Shown here in pieces: positions 37,813 through 48,100 of a DNA stretch of 64,000 nucleotides. A program made the translations under genes and the position numbers. Source of the DNA: an uncultured bacterium. Its GTDB lineage: Bacteria; Muiribacteriota; Ozemobacteria; Ozemobacterales; Ozemobacteraceae. A model generated the notes under the pieces. The model saw only the letters and a list, made by a program, of their open reading frames with translations, was not told the DNA's origin and ran no database searches. Position 1 is the first letter of the stretch. Each line of letters starts with the position of its first letter. The stretch spans positions 3,261 through 67,260 of the forward strand of contig CAYRYU010000004.1 in assembly GCA_964428355.1 (NCBI GenBank). The letters are read 5' to 3'.

Positions 37813-37963
37813 TGCAAGAAGACAACCAGGGAATATCATGGGGATTCGACCAAAAATGCGGAAATTTTCCCTTCTTTCGGGGAGAATTTCCCTTTACATC
37901 AAGGGGATGCGCCGAAGGGGAAATCGTGGTATTATTCCGCAAAATCCATTGGAAGTGCAGGCA

Positions 37964-38323
37964 ATGGTCGAACTCGAAACGCAAGAAGTCACCAAGAATT
38001 GCATTCTCATCAGGCCCAAGGGATACCTGGAAAGGCTCCTGGGGGAGAAGCTGAAGCAGACCGTTCACGATGTCGAGGGGCGGGGTTTCAAGATATACAT
38101 CTTCGATTTTTCGCAGGTTTCGATGATCAACTCTCTGGGAATGTCGGGTCTGATCGATTCGATCGACACGATCGAGAGTGCCGAAGCCATGGTCTGGTTC
38201 GCCGATATCGACCCCGTGGTTTATCCGATCCTCGAAGCGGCAGGGGTGCTCGAGATGGTTCCAGATGTGCTGACTCTTGCCAAAGCACTGGAACGCGCAA
38301 AATCCGAAGCCGACCGCCCCTGA
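37964..38323 (+). CDS. STAS-domain anti-sigma factor antagonist (SpoIIAA / RsbV-like)
   Basis: 119 aa from the internal ATG (MVELETQEVTKNCILIRPKGYL...); STAS fold pattern with the conserved phosphorylatable Ser region FDFSQVSMINSLGMSGL. The upstream 200 aa of the track ORF is antisense to the PP2C gene and was discarded. Confidence 0.7.
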   Translation: MVELETQEVTKNCILIRPKGYLERLLGEKLKQTVHDVEGRGFKIYIFDFSQVSMINSLGMSGLIDSIDTIESAEAMVWFADIDPVVYPILEAAGVLEMVPDVLTLAKALERAKSEADRP

Positions 38324-38467
38324 GACCAGACCCCGGAACCGACCGGGGGCGCCGGGGGATCGACACAAAGGCGCGAAGAATACCAAGATCACAAAGGGGG
38401 ACAAGAACCCTGCCCTTATTTGTGGACTTCGTGTCCTTGAGTGCCTTTGTGGTGAGCGTTTCTCCGG

Positions 38468-40969
38468 TCAGCGAAGGAAAGGGCCGTCGACGCCGATCTT
38501 GCCGGTACCGTTCAGTTCCCAGATCCCGGCCGAGTTGGACTTGACGGTGAAGGAAATGTCGGGGGACCCTGTTGCAACCTGGATCTGGCTTCCCGTGACC
38601 GCGTCCCGGTAGTTTCCAGGTCTGACGCGCTCGACCGTGATCTCCTGGTCGGCTCCCGTCGAGAGGCCCACCACGACGTAGCTGGTTCCGTTCTTGAAGT
38701 CCCGTACGAAACTGATCCCGTTGTCCCATTCCTTGCCGTTCGAAACGGTTCCCATCTGGAGGGCTGGAATCCGCGACCGGATAAAGTTCAACCGCTTCAG
38801 GTGCTGATGGATCGCGTTGCTCTGGGTCATCGGGAGCTGGGAGTCCGTCAGCTTGTCTCCGAAATATGCCAATCCGGTCTGGGCCAGGGTCGAGTTCGAG
38901 TTGGGGAAACCGATGGGAGCACCTTTCTGGAATTCCACTTCTTCCCCGAACCAAAGGCACGGAATTCCACGCATCGTCCACAGGAGGTTGTATGCTATCG
39001 CGGCTTTCCATGACTCTCCCCCGAAACGGCTCATGTGGTCCGGGCCGTGGCCCCGGGTCTGGTTCTGGAAGAAGGTGATCAGGAAAGTGGGATCGCCGTA
39101 GATCCAGTCCCATGTGATGGTCGTCGCGATCCCGCCGAAAGCTCCGGATGCGATGCAGGAGTAAAGTTGATCCTGGAGAACGTAATCCAGGACTCCGATT
39201 CCCGAGGCTCCGCCCGAGTCGGGATTGTTCGGGTCGGTTCCGGTCCGCGAATACCACCACGGGGTCAGCTCTGAAGGGAGTTTGTCGGGTCCGAGCATAC
39301 CCAGGCCCGTCCCGAAGGGGGGGACGTTCGCGCCCACGAACAACCCGGGCTTGTGTTCCTTCCAGATGCTGTAGAATGAGGGAAGTTCGCTCCGGCTGGT
39401 GAAGACGGCATCCTCGATGACGACGGCATCGACTCCCCAATCGAGATACCGGTTCACCGCCTGGTTGATGTAGTTTTTCACGAGCCAGTTCTCGGTGGCA
39501 AGATCGAGCATGTTCTTGCCCCAGTGCATCCCCTGCACGTTCGCCACGGTCACCTCGTCGGTGGATTGAACCCAGCCGTTCCTGTGGTACCACTGTGAAT
39601 CGAGGGTCTTCTCGTCGGTCCCGAAGAAACGTTCGGAATCGTAACCTTCCTTGGGAAGCACGGTTCCGGTTTTCTGGTCGGTGAGGGGGCCCTTCCCCCA
39701 GGGGTCGCTGATCAGGAGATCCTTGAACCAGTCGGGTGCCAGGCGGTTGTCGTTGTCTTCGCGGAAGGGGTGCTTGTAGTTTCCCAGGTTGAAGACATAG
39801 GGCCAGGGGACTTTCATCCCCGCTGCCCGATAGAACTTGTGGGGGAGTCGATCGACGAAGACCTTGCCGCGAATCCCGTAGTTGCAGGAATGGTTCAGGA
39901 CCACCGACTGGATGACCCGGATTCCCCGGTCGTGGGCGGCAGTGATCAGATCCGTGAAGGAAGCGCCCGCGGATTCCAGGCGCGGATCCACGGTGTCCCA
40001 GTCGTAGGCGAAGAATCCGTCGAAATCCAGCCCACCGCGGTTCTCCACGGGTGGGGAAAGGAGTATCGCGGTAAATCCCAGGTTCCGGATGTAATCGAGC
40101 CGGTCGATGAGACCCCGGAAATCGCCCCTCCAATGTGGGTCGCCCTTGGCAACGCGTTCACGGCAGTAAAAGTCGTTGTCTTCATTTCCGTTGTAGAACC
40201 GGGTCGTGAGAACGGAGTAGATCGTTTCGGACCGGAAATCCCGGTCGAGGGAAACCTGATTCTCGACGGTGATCGTCAGGGAATCCTCGGCGGTGTTCCC
40301 CGAATCGTCCGTCACCGTCAGGACGACCTCGTACACCCCTTCGAGATCATACCGCATCGTGGCCTGCATACCGGACAAGCCGTTGCTCCATGCGTAGCTG
40401 GCGATGGTCCCATCGGGGTCATACGAGTCGCGGGCATTGAACTGGACGATGGTTCCCGGTGCCACCCTTTGATCCTCCCCGGCCCGGGCGACCGGGGGAA
40501 TAGCCCCTCCCGCGGGAGTGAAAGAATAACTTCCGTCGGTCTCGTCGAAACGGATCCGATACTGGGTTCCCGCCGGAATGGTGACTTTCAGGTTCCCTCC
40601 CTGGCGTTTAGTGATTCCCGAGAGTCCGGAGGGGGGCTCGGCGGGATCGAGACCCCACCAGACCTGCCATGTCCGGTTGGCGACAAACCGGAATTCGTGC
40701 GTTCCCGAGGAAACGAATGTGAAGGTTTCCCAAAGGCGGCCTTCGGGGTTTTTCAGCAGGCCGTAGGTGTCACCGAGGTTCCATCGGTTGTTGAGTCCCG
40801 TTATCTGGAGGGTCTTGTACCCTGATTCGCCAACCGGGTAGGTGGGTTGGGGCAGAGGGCCCGGGGTTCCTTCGGGGAGTCCGGGTTCCTGGGCAAGGAT
40901 TCCAGGGGATAGCATGATCACCACCTGGACAATCACCAGGAAAAGCGTCACCCGGAAATCATGAAGCAA
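38468..40969 (-). CDS. Secreted GH13 alpha-amylase-family glycoside hydrolase with N-terminal starch-binding-like and PKD-like domains
   Basis: Catalytic-region motifs VVLNHS, GVDAVVIEDA and FGEEVEF. A PKD-like segment (DPDGTIASYAWSNG...VVLTVTDDSGN). Signal peptide VTLFLVIVQVVIMLSPGILAQEP. Putative TTG start near 40969; the ORF's long upstream part is Arg/Gly-rich and unlikely to be translated. Confidence 0.75.
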   Translation of the reverse strand: MLHDFRVTLFLVIVQVVIMLSPGILAQEPGLPEGTPGPLPQPTYPVGESGYKTLQITGLNNRWNLGDTYGLLKNPEGRLWETFTFVSSGTHEFRFVANRTWQVWWGLDPAEPPSGLSGITKRQGGNLKVTIPAGTQYRIRFDETDGSYSFTPAGGAIPPVARAGEDQRVAPGTIVQFNARDSYDPDGTIASYAWSNGLSGMQATMRYDLEGVYEVVLTVTDDSGNTAEDSLTITVENQVSLDRDFRSETIYSVLTTRFYNGNEDNDFYCRERVAKGDPHWRGDFRGLIDRLDYIRNLGFTAILLSPPVENRGGLDFDGFFAYDWDTVDPRLESAGASFTDLITAAHDRGIRVIQSVVLNHSCNYGIRGKVFVDRLPHKFYRAAGMKVPWPYVFNLGNYKHPFREDNDNRLAPDWFKDLLISDPWGKGPLTDQKTGTVLPKEGYDSERFFGTDEKTLDSQWYHRNGWVQSTDEVTVANVQGMHWGKNMLDLATENWLVKNYINQAVNRYLDWGVDAVVIEDAVFTSRSELPSFYSIWKEHKPGLFVGANVPPFGTGLGMLGPDKLPSELTPWWYSRTGTDPNNPDSGGASGIGVLDYVLQDQLYSCIASGAFGGIATTITWDWIYGDPTFLITFFQNQTRGHGPDHMSRFGGESWKAAIAYNLLWTMRGIPCLWFGEEVEFQKGAPIGFPNSNSTLAQTGLAYFGDKLTDSQLPMTQSNAIHQHLKRLNFIRSRIPALQMGTVSNGKEWDNGISFVRDFKNGTSYVVVGLSTGADQEITVERVRPGNYRDAVTGSQIQVATGSPDISFTVKSNSAGIWELNGTGKIGVDGPFLR

Positions 40970-41034
40970 GGTACGGGGAAGTTCACTCCCCCGCTTCCGA
41001 CGTCCTCCGAGGAGACCGCGTCCGGAGGCGTGAT

Positions 41035-41529
41035 TCAATGGCAGGTGAGTCCGTTGGGAGAGTTTTCCGCCTGAACCTTCAGCGCGATTGCCTCGGAGAA
41101 TGCCTCCGTCGTCGCTTCCGGCCCATCGCCGAAGTTGAGGTGTGACCCGGAGTTCCACTCGCAGAAAACGGTGCGGTGGGTTCCGTCATCCCGGAAGCCG
41201 AACTCGAGGGTGAAAAAACGGGGCTGCCCCTTGGAGTTGGTTTTCTTGGGAAGGTAACATCCCACCAGGATCGCTTCCGCAATGATTTCCGCCGGGGGAA
41301 GGGCGATGATCGCAAGGGTGGAATCTGGGGAGTTTCGCAGATCGAGGGAGATCTGTTCGTGCGGAAGGACCTCCTCTTTGGGAAGGTCGTCCCCAACGCG
41401 GTCCCATACGGCTTCGAGAAAACTCCTTCCCTGCTTCTTCAAGGCGCTGATGAACCGTTGGGGCTCCGTGAGGAACATGTTCCGCATCGCGACGTGGGCG
41501 AAGATGTAGTGGTGGTTTCTCGGTTGCAT
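41035..41529 (-). CDS. Hypothetical protein, likely co-transcribed with the macro-domain gene
   Basis: 164 aa with normal composition and no recognisable motif; starts 45 nt after the macro-domain gene's stop. Confidence 0.5.
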   Translation of the reverse strand: MQPRNHHYIFAHVAMRNMFLTEPQRFISALKKQGRSFLEAVWDRVGDDLPKEEVLPHEQISLDLRNSPDSTLAIIALPPAEIIAEAILVGCYLPKKTNSKGQPRFFTLEFGFRDDGTHRTVFCEWNSGSHLNFGDGPEATTEAFSEAIALKVQAENSPNGLTCH

Positions 41530-41573
41530 TCTTTCCTCCGGATGGAGAACTGGTCAACCCCTTATCGGCAATT

Positions 41574-42113
41574 TCAGGAGTTTTGTGGAATCTGCGACTC
41601 CAGGGCTTTTTCGAAGATTCCCAGGTCACCGACGGACCAAAGGCAGAAGATCACTTCCCGGAGGCTGGATGGACCCGCTGAAAGGAAATCCCGCGTGGTG
41701 GAAATCATGATCTTGGCGCAGATGTCCTTCGGGAAGCCGAAGATCCCCGTGCTGATGGCTGGAAAGGCGACGGTCTCGATTCCGAGTTCCGAGGCCCTTC
41801 GCAGGCTGTTGAGGGTGGCGTTCTTGAGTTTCATGTCTTCATTGCCCTCCCCTAGACGTGGGCCGACGGCATGAATGACGTATTTTGCCTTGAGTCGTCC
41901 TCCCCCGGTCACCACTGCCTGCCCGACGGTGGTTCCGCCGAGCTGGTAGCACTCGTCCTGGATCGTTTGTCCGCCCCGGGCAAGGATCGCCCCGGCGACC
42001 CCACCTCCAAGGACGAGCCTGTCGTTGGCTGCATTCACGATCGCGGCAACTTCCAGGTCGGTTATGTCCCCCTGGATGAGGCGGATTGTCTTTCCTCCCA
42101 CTGTCCTGTCCAT
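41574..42113 (-). CDS. Macro-domain protein (ADP-ribose binding / O-acetyl-ADP-ribose deacetylase, YmdB / MacroD-like)
   Basis: ATG at 42113 (MDRTVGG) with AAAGGA RBS. Macro-domain motifs IVNAANDRLVLGGGVAGAI, VIHAVGP and ISTGIFGFP. Confidence 0.75.
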   Translation of the reverse strand: MDRTVGGKTIRLIQGDITDLEVAAIVNAANDRLVLGGGVAGAILARGGQTIQDECYQLGGTTVGQAVVTGGGRLKAKYVIHAVGPRLGEGNEDMKLKNATLNSLRRASELGIETVAFPAISTGIFGFPKDICAKIMISTTRDFLSAGPSSLREVIFCLWSVGDLGIFEKALESQIPQNS

Positions 42114-42194
42114 GGTCGTTTCCTTTCTATCGCCCGTGCAGTTCCAATTATCGATGATATCATGGGTTTCCGGGGGGGGCAAGGGCGGGGGCGC

Positions 42195-45100
42195 TCAAAC
42201 CGTTGTCTCATCGGCTGGGTTGAAGAGGTATGCCTCGACGGATCTCGTCTTTCCCTTAATGGGGGGGAGCTTGAGCCTCCGAAGGCCTTTCACCAGGTCC
42301 GCTCGGGAGGATTCCCCGACGAGACGGAAGGTCCCCTCCGCAACGACTACCCCGCCGACCGATCCGTGGTAGTCGGGAAGCACGGTTCCGTCCTTCGAAA
42401 CGCGCAGGGAGATGTCTCCAAGACGGGATGCGAGGTTGACCGTATCCCCGATGACGGTGTATTCGAGCCGGACCTCATCCGTGCCCATGATTCCAGCCAG
42501 GACAGGTCCGGAGACGATCCCAATCCCGAGGGGGTTTCCCCCGAGTTCCGGGATCTCGGCCATCCGCCTCCTCATCTCGACTGCGGCCTGGAGGGCGGCC
42601 CCCGCAGCTTCCCGGGGGCCTCCGAGTCGGCTGGGATGGAAAACCGCGAGAACCTTTTCGCCGATGAACTTGTCGATGTCACCCTTTCGGCCTCGGATGG
42701 TCCGTGCCATGGTTTCGAGGAAGCGATTGAGCGTGTGGACAAGGGTCCCCGGCGGGATGGTGGCCATCAAGTGCTTGAAATCGGCAATTCCAGCGAACAG
42801 AACGGTGACCTCGATGTTTTCCCCCTTCTGGGCCGAGTCGCCCCGCTCGCGGTCGCTCGCGGCGACGCGGACGGACTCCGAAACGAACCGGCTAAGGAGG
42901 CGACCTTCCTCCACCCCGGCTGCCATCGAATTGAAGGCTTTCGCGAGGCGTCCGAATTCCCCGCCCGTGCCCTCTTCGAGCCTCGTTTTGAAGTTCCCCC
43001 CCATGATCTCCCGCGCCGCATCCGAAAGGGCGAACACGGGAACCAGGAATCGTCGAGCGATGCTCCAGGCCAGGATCACCGAAAGAAGCAAGATGAAGGC
43101 CAGGAAAACCCGCTTCAGATCGCGGACCGCGTCCCCCTGCTCGAGGATTTTTCCGATCGGGATCTCTCCGATCAGGAGGTTCGTCTTGAGCGCGTTTCCG
43201 GATACGCCCGTCATGAGAAATTCCTCTCCGTTCCTGTCTACCCTTTTCGACCAGGTATTCTGGCTGGACCCTGTCAGGATAGCCAGATCGACGTATTCCG
43301 GGGGGGGCGGTGTGGTCAAAGACTTGAATTTGACCACGTTTTCATCACGAGGTGTCGGATAGACCATCGGAGGCCAATAGATTACTCCAGGAAACCTCTT
43401 GAAACCGATGTTGTATCGTGGTCCGAACGGACCACACGATCGGGAGGATTTCCCGAGGGCGTTGAAAAGCTGGAAATCGACGGCATCCTTGTTCAGATTC
43501 GTCTGAAAGCTGTACCGGGGATATTTCCCGTACCAGAGGTGGGTGCGCAGGAAGCACTCCTGGCCGCTGAACGTCACCATGTCCGACATCGCCTTCGGCG
43601 CAAGGAGCATCTCCGCCCCTCTTTCGGGTGGGATGATGGCCATGAGGAGTGCCCTGAACTCTTCGATTCCGGCTCCAAGCAGGAGGTTCTCGGTTTCCCC
43701 TGCAAGGCCTTTTCCGGCGGTGAATTCGGGGTTCAACTGTTTCAATGGAGGGGTACTGAACTCGTTCATCAGCGACATGACGAGGGAATTGTTCTTCTGG
43801 TCCTCCTCCTCCTCGGGATCGGCAACCTCCCCCTCCGGTTCGTCCCCACGGGTGTTGAAGCTGAGAAAGAACCGGCCGGGACCAGTCAGAAGGATCCGAT
43901 ACACGGGGTATCCCATGTTCCGCGATGCCACGTAGAAACGCTTCAGGAAAGGAGTCCCCTTGGTCCGCATTTCCTTCTTGTTCAACTTCTCGAGCTCGTG
44001 GAACTCCCGGACGCATCCCTTCCGCCTGGCAAGGGTGGTGGTAACCCTGTTCGCCCAGCCGAGGTACAGGTCCCTGGCCTCGTCGAGCGCACGGAGTGAG
44101 TGTGCCAGGGACTGTGCCCTGCTGGCTTCTTCCCGGAGCCGTGCTTCCTGGAATGACCGCTCCGTGACGAGTGCCGCGAAAGCGATCGCGGGAACGACAA
44201 GCAGGAGGAACATACCCGCAAGCTGGACGAAAACCGAGATCGCAAGGGGTTCCTTCCGGAATACGAACTTCCGCATCATCCAGGTCCCGAGGAGGAACCA
44301 GAACAAAGTCAGCATGGAGGCTGACGTCAGCAGGGTCTTGAACGGTGAATCACGGGTCGGGACAGGGCGTGCCGCCACGACGAGAAAGGAGTTTTCCCTC
44401 AAAACAGGTTCCGAGGTGATAAGCCAATCATTTGAAACGGACTGGCTCGCCACCGGGGAGTCAGTTTCGAGCCATCGCTTCAGTTCCGGGTAGCGGAGGA
44501 AGGTCCGGTCGTCGTCCGTCCACACCTTGCGGTTTCCGGAAGCGACATCCGTCTGGACCACCGCCAGCTTGCAATCGTGGCTCTGAAGGTTCTTCATCAG
44601 CAGGCGGACTGCCAGATCAAAGGTGAGGGTTTCGGGATCGAGAAGGAAGGCGGCTCCCCCACGGAACGTCGCCCGGGTGAAACCTTTCAGGTCCTTTCCG
44701 ATCAGGTTGCTGTCGGGGCCCTTCCGAAGTTCCCTGAAAAAGGCGGGATCGAAGAAGGGGTGGACCAACAGATATCTTGTCTTGCCAAAGGGACTGACAG
44801 GTATGAGATTGTCGGTTGCCGTATCCCCCAGTTCCCTGAGGTCGTCGATCTTGAGCAGGGAGGTCCAGCTTCTGCGGAACTCACCATCCAGATACGGGTC
44901 CACGACTCCGTAGAGCAGGGTCTTGTAGTAGGCCAGGAAGTCCCGCCACTCCACCCGGTTGAAGGGAATGCTCCGGCCTATCGTGGGAAACAACCTGGTT
45001 CCCAACCGGTTGCCCAAGGTTCCCACCCCTGTTTCAAGCTGGGGGCAATGAAGGAACATCGAACAGGAGATACCGGGGAAGAGCTTCTGGAAATCCTTTC

Positions 45101-48100
45101 CGCGGCCCGCGAGGAATTCGAAAATCCTTTGGGGTCCGTGGGAGGGGTCGAGTCCCGCGGCCTCCGCCGTTGCCAGAGTTTTCCTGAGGAAAAGGGTTGC
45201 CTGGGTCTTCGGATCGATCGAGTTGGCGGCCAGCTTCACAGTTTCCTTCAGTTCCCCGAGATGCTGGTTTCTCCAGCGTTCGAGGTCCCTCTGGTCGTTT
45301 GCCCAGAGCGCGTAGATAAGGAGGGCGGGGGGAACCACCAGGAGGAATAGGAGTTGCCAGATTGCATGAAGATGGGTTTGGCCCCCGCTTTGTCGGGCGG
45401 CCCCGGGGGAAACCTGCGGAGTCGGGCCCTCGATCGCTTCCTCAGGGGAAGGGGAAACGCCGGATGGGGATCCTCTCACCTGTGGGGAAGCAGGCGCCGG
45501 GCCGCCGGCTTGGCAATCCAAGGGTGGCACTGACCTCGCTCCGGTGCCCGAAGGCGGCTTGGATTCGCCCGCGGGAACCGGCTCAGGAACATCAATGGGG
45601 GCCGATTTCGTCTCCGGCAGTGGGAGACCCGTGCAAGGTCGGGTGGGGGATTCCCCGCCGGTGCCCGCGCTTGATGAAGCCTCGCCCTCCTGGCGAGCTC
45701 CGTGCACGCCGCCCTCCCTGGACGTCAGGCCCGGAGAAGCCTCGCCCTCCTGGCGAGCTCCGTGCACGCCGCCCTCCCTGGACGTCAGTTCCCAGCAGTT
45801 GGGGTTTGAGGGGTCCTCCAGGGGGATGAAGGGGAAATCCTCCCCCGCGAGTTTCCTGACCTTGTCGGAACAGATGATGAGCCGGGCTTTTCCTTTTTTC
45901 GATGCCGCCTCCAGATCGTTCGCCCGTTTGAAGGGTTCCCCCAGGACGGTGAAGTCGAGCCGTTCGAGGGGATCTCCGAGGACCCCGGTGACGACCTCCC
46001 CGATCTCGATCCCGATCCCGATAAAGTATGGGAACCGCCCTGCAGCCTGCCGCTGGTCGTTGAGGTTCCGGTGCGCATCCATCATGTCGGATGCTGCAAA
46101 AAGGGCGCGTCTGACCATGGACTCCCCCTTGCCGGGGTAGAAAACCGCCTGGATCGCGTCTCCGATGAACCGGTCGATCGCTCCGCCGTGTTTCTGGATC
46201 GCCCGGGTCATTACCTGAAGGTGGCTGTTGATCAGAGCGAAGATTTCCTTCGGGGGGTGGGCTTCGGACATGGTGGTGAAGCTCCGGACATCCGAGACCA
46301 TCAAAACGACCTCACGGTGCCGGGGTTGACAGGCCTTGTCGAAATCGCCCTGGCCAACCACCTCTAGAACCTGGGGGGCGACGAAACGGCTCATCACGGT
46401 TCGCTCACGGAGCCAATCCGTCATCTGGTCGAGGGTCCGGCTCGCGTCTCCGATCTGGTCCGCCCGGTTTTCCCTTACCCGCACCTCGAGGTCTCCCGAA
46501 GCGATCCGGTCGAGTCCTGCGGTCATCCGAACCAGTGGGGAAGCCAGCCACCGAGAGAGAGCCGTCCCTCCAATGAATGTCACGACCAACAGCAGAAGGA
46601 TGGCTGACGCAATCTTTACCTTCTCGAAAAAAATGAAGGACTCGACGGGCTGGAAAGTCGTCACCGCGGTGAGGATGAACCCCGGCATGCGGGTGCTTCG
46701 CAGTGCGACCATGAAGTGCTGGGGATCAGGTGAGAACAGGGTTCCCCGGCGGACCTTCCGGGCGGCGAGGGCGGAAGCCTCATCCCTTTCCTGGATCGCC
46801 ACGGGTTCCAATCCCTGGGGTTCGTCCTTGAATGCCGCGAACCTGATTTTGGGATGGCCGGAGTTGACCCGACGGATCTCCTTCTCCAGAAAATCCCTGA
46901 AGACGGGCTCCTGATCCCAGAAAAGGAAGATGATGTTCCTGACCTTTCCTTTGGAAAGGATCTGGTTGAAATACCGGGTGGAGTGTCGGGAGCCCGCCTG
47001 GAAGAGGTGAAGCACGTTCGGGTCGCCCAGCAGTTCCCGGTTCCGCTTGTAGAAGCCCTGATAGCTCATCGCCATTGCGTTCCGGAACCTCGTGATCTTC
47101 GTCCAGGAAGGGGGCGGGGCGTCAGGGGAGTCCGTCACGGAGCCGCTGTTTCCGCCGAGCATTCTGACGAGTTCGAGGGAGATCACGAGGTGGAAAAGCT
47201 TCATGGACCACTGTGTCTCACCCTTGAAAATGCTGTCCGGGGGAAAGAAGAAGATGGCTTGGGGGCCTCCAAGGATCATCACGGCAGAGGGTTTGTCACC
47301 TGCAGGCTTTCCGTCCGTGGTCTTCCTTCGGGGCCACCTTTGGAAGACCTTTTCCTCGAGAAGTCGGTCGATGGCCCTCTCTCTGGATCCGCCGTCCAAA
47401 GAATCCAACGCGTCAAGGGCGGGTCCAAGGTCAGGATCGAGGGAGATGTTCCTGCAAGCCTGGAGGAAACGAAGGTTTTCCTGCATGCTTCCGGTGTCGA
47501 TCCTCTGGAGGGTCTGCTCCAGTTCGTCGCGCAGGGCGAACTCCGAGGTCGCGGAAAGGTCTTCGGAAAGCCGGATTCCGGCAGTTGCCATCAGGGTGAT
47601 CGGGATCGCGATCAGTCCGATGAACCAGAGATACAGCGAGGTCCGGATCCTGAAACCCCCAATCCTTCCGCGAAGATGAAGGAAGGCGAAAGTGGGCAAC
47701 CAGCAGAAAAGAATGCAACAGCCATACACGTTCGCGACCCCTTCAAGAATCGTGCAGGGCGGGCGGGGAATCCGGGACACAAGAACGCCCACATAACCGA
47801 TGATCGGATCCAGCGCGGTAAGGAAGAAACGGAACCCTCCCATTTCGATCGACTCTCCGAACTCGCGCGGGAAAAGCGAGACCTCTCCGACCTGGAATTC
47901 GGGTCGTCGTGGGGAAACGGTCATTCTGCGACGGAGCTTTTCGAGCAGACGCCTCATTCCCGGTCGTTGAAGGGCGGGGTGAAAGATCCCTGCTCCGGTA
48001 CCCCCGCGGCCTGTGACAGGGAACGGCAGGAAAGCCGGAAACATCCTTGGGGAGGAGGGGGGTACGTATTTCCCCCAGTTCCGGATCGCGGCCCGCAGAC

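Noticed and set aside
37346-37963. N-terminal 200 aa of the plus-strand ORF 37346-38323
   Set aside because: Antisense to the PAS-GAF-PP2C gene. Only the C-terminal 119 aa (from the ATG at 37964) form a STAS domain.
38127-40133. 668-aa minus-strand ORF, same strand as the amylase but a different frame
   Set aside because: Extreme Arg/Pro/Gly content. The amylase frame carries GH13 and PKD motifs and a signal peptide.
39770-40825. 351-aa plus-strand ORF
   Set aside because: Antisense to the amylase gene.
41871-44099. 742-aa plus-strand ORF (and 46854-48872, 672 aa)
   Set aside because: Both are antisense to the giant cyclase gene; composition is Arg/Gly/Asp-rich without domains.
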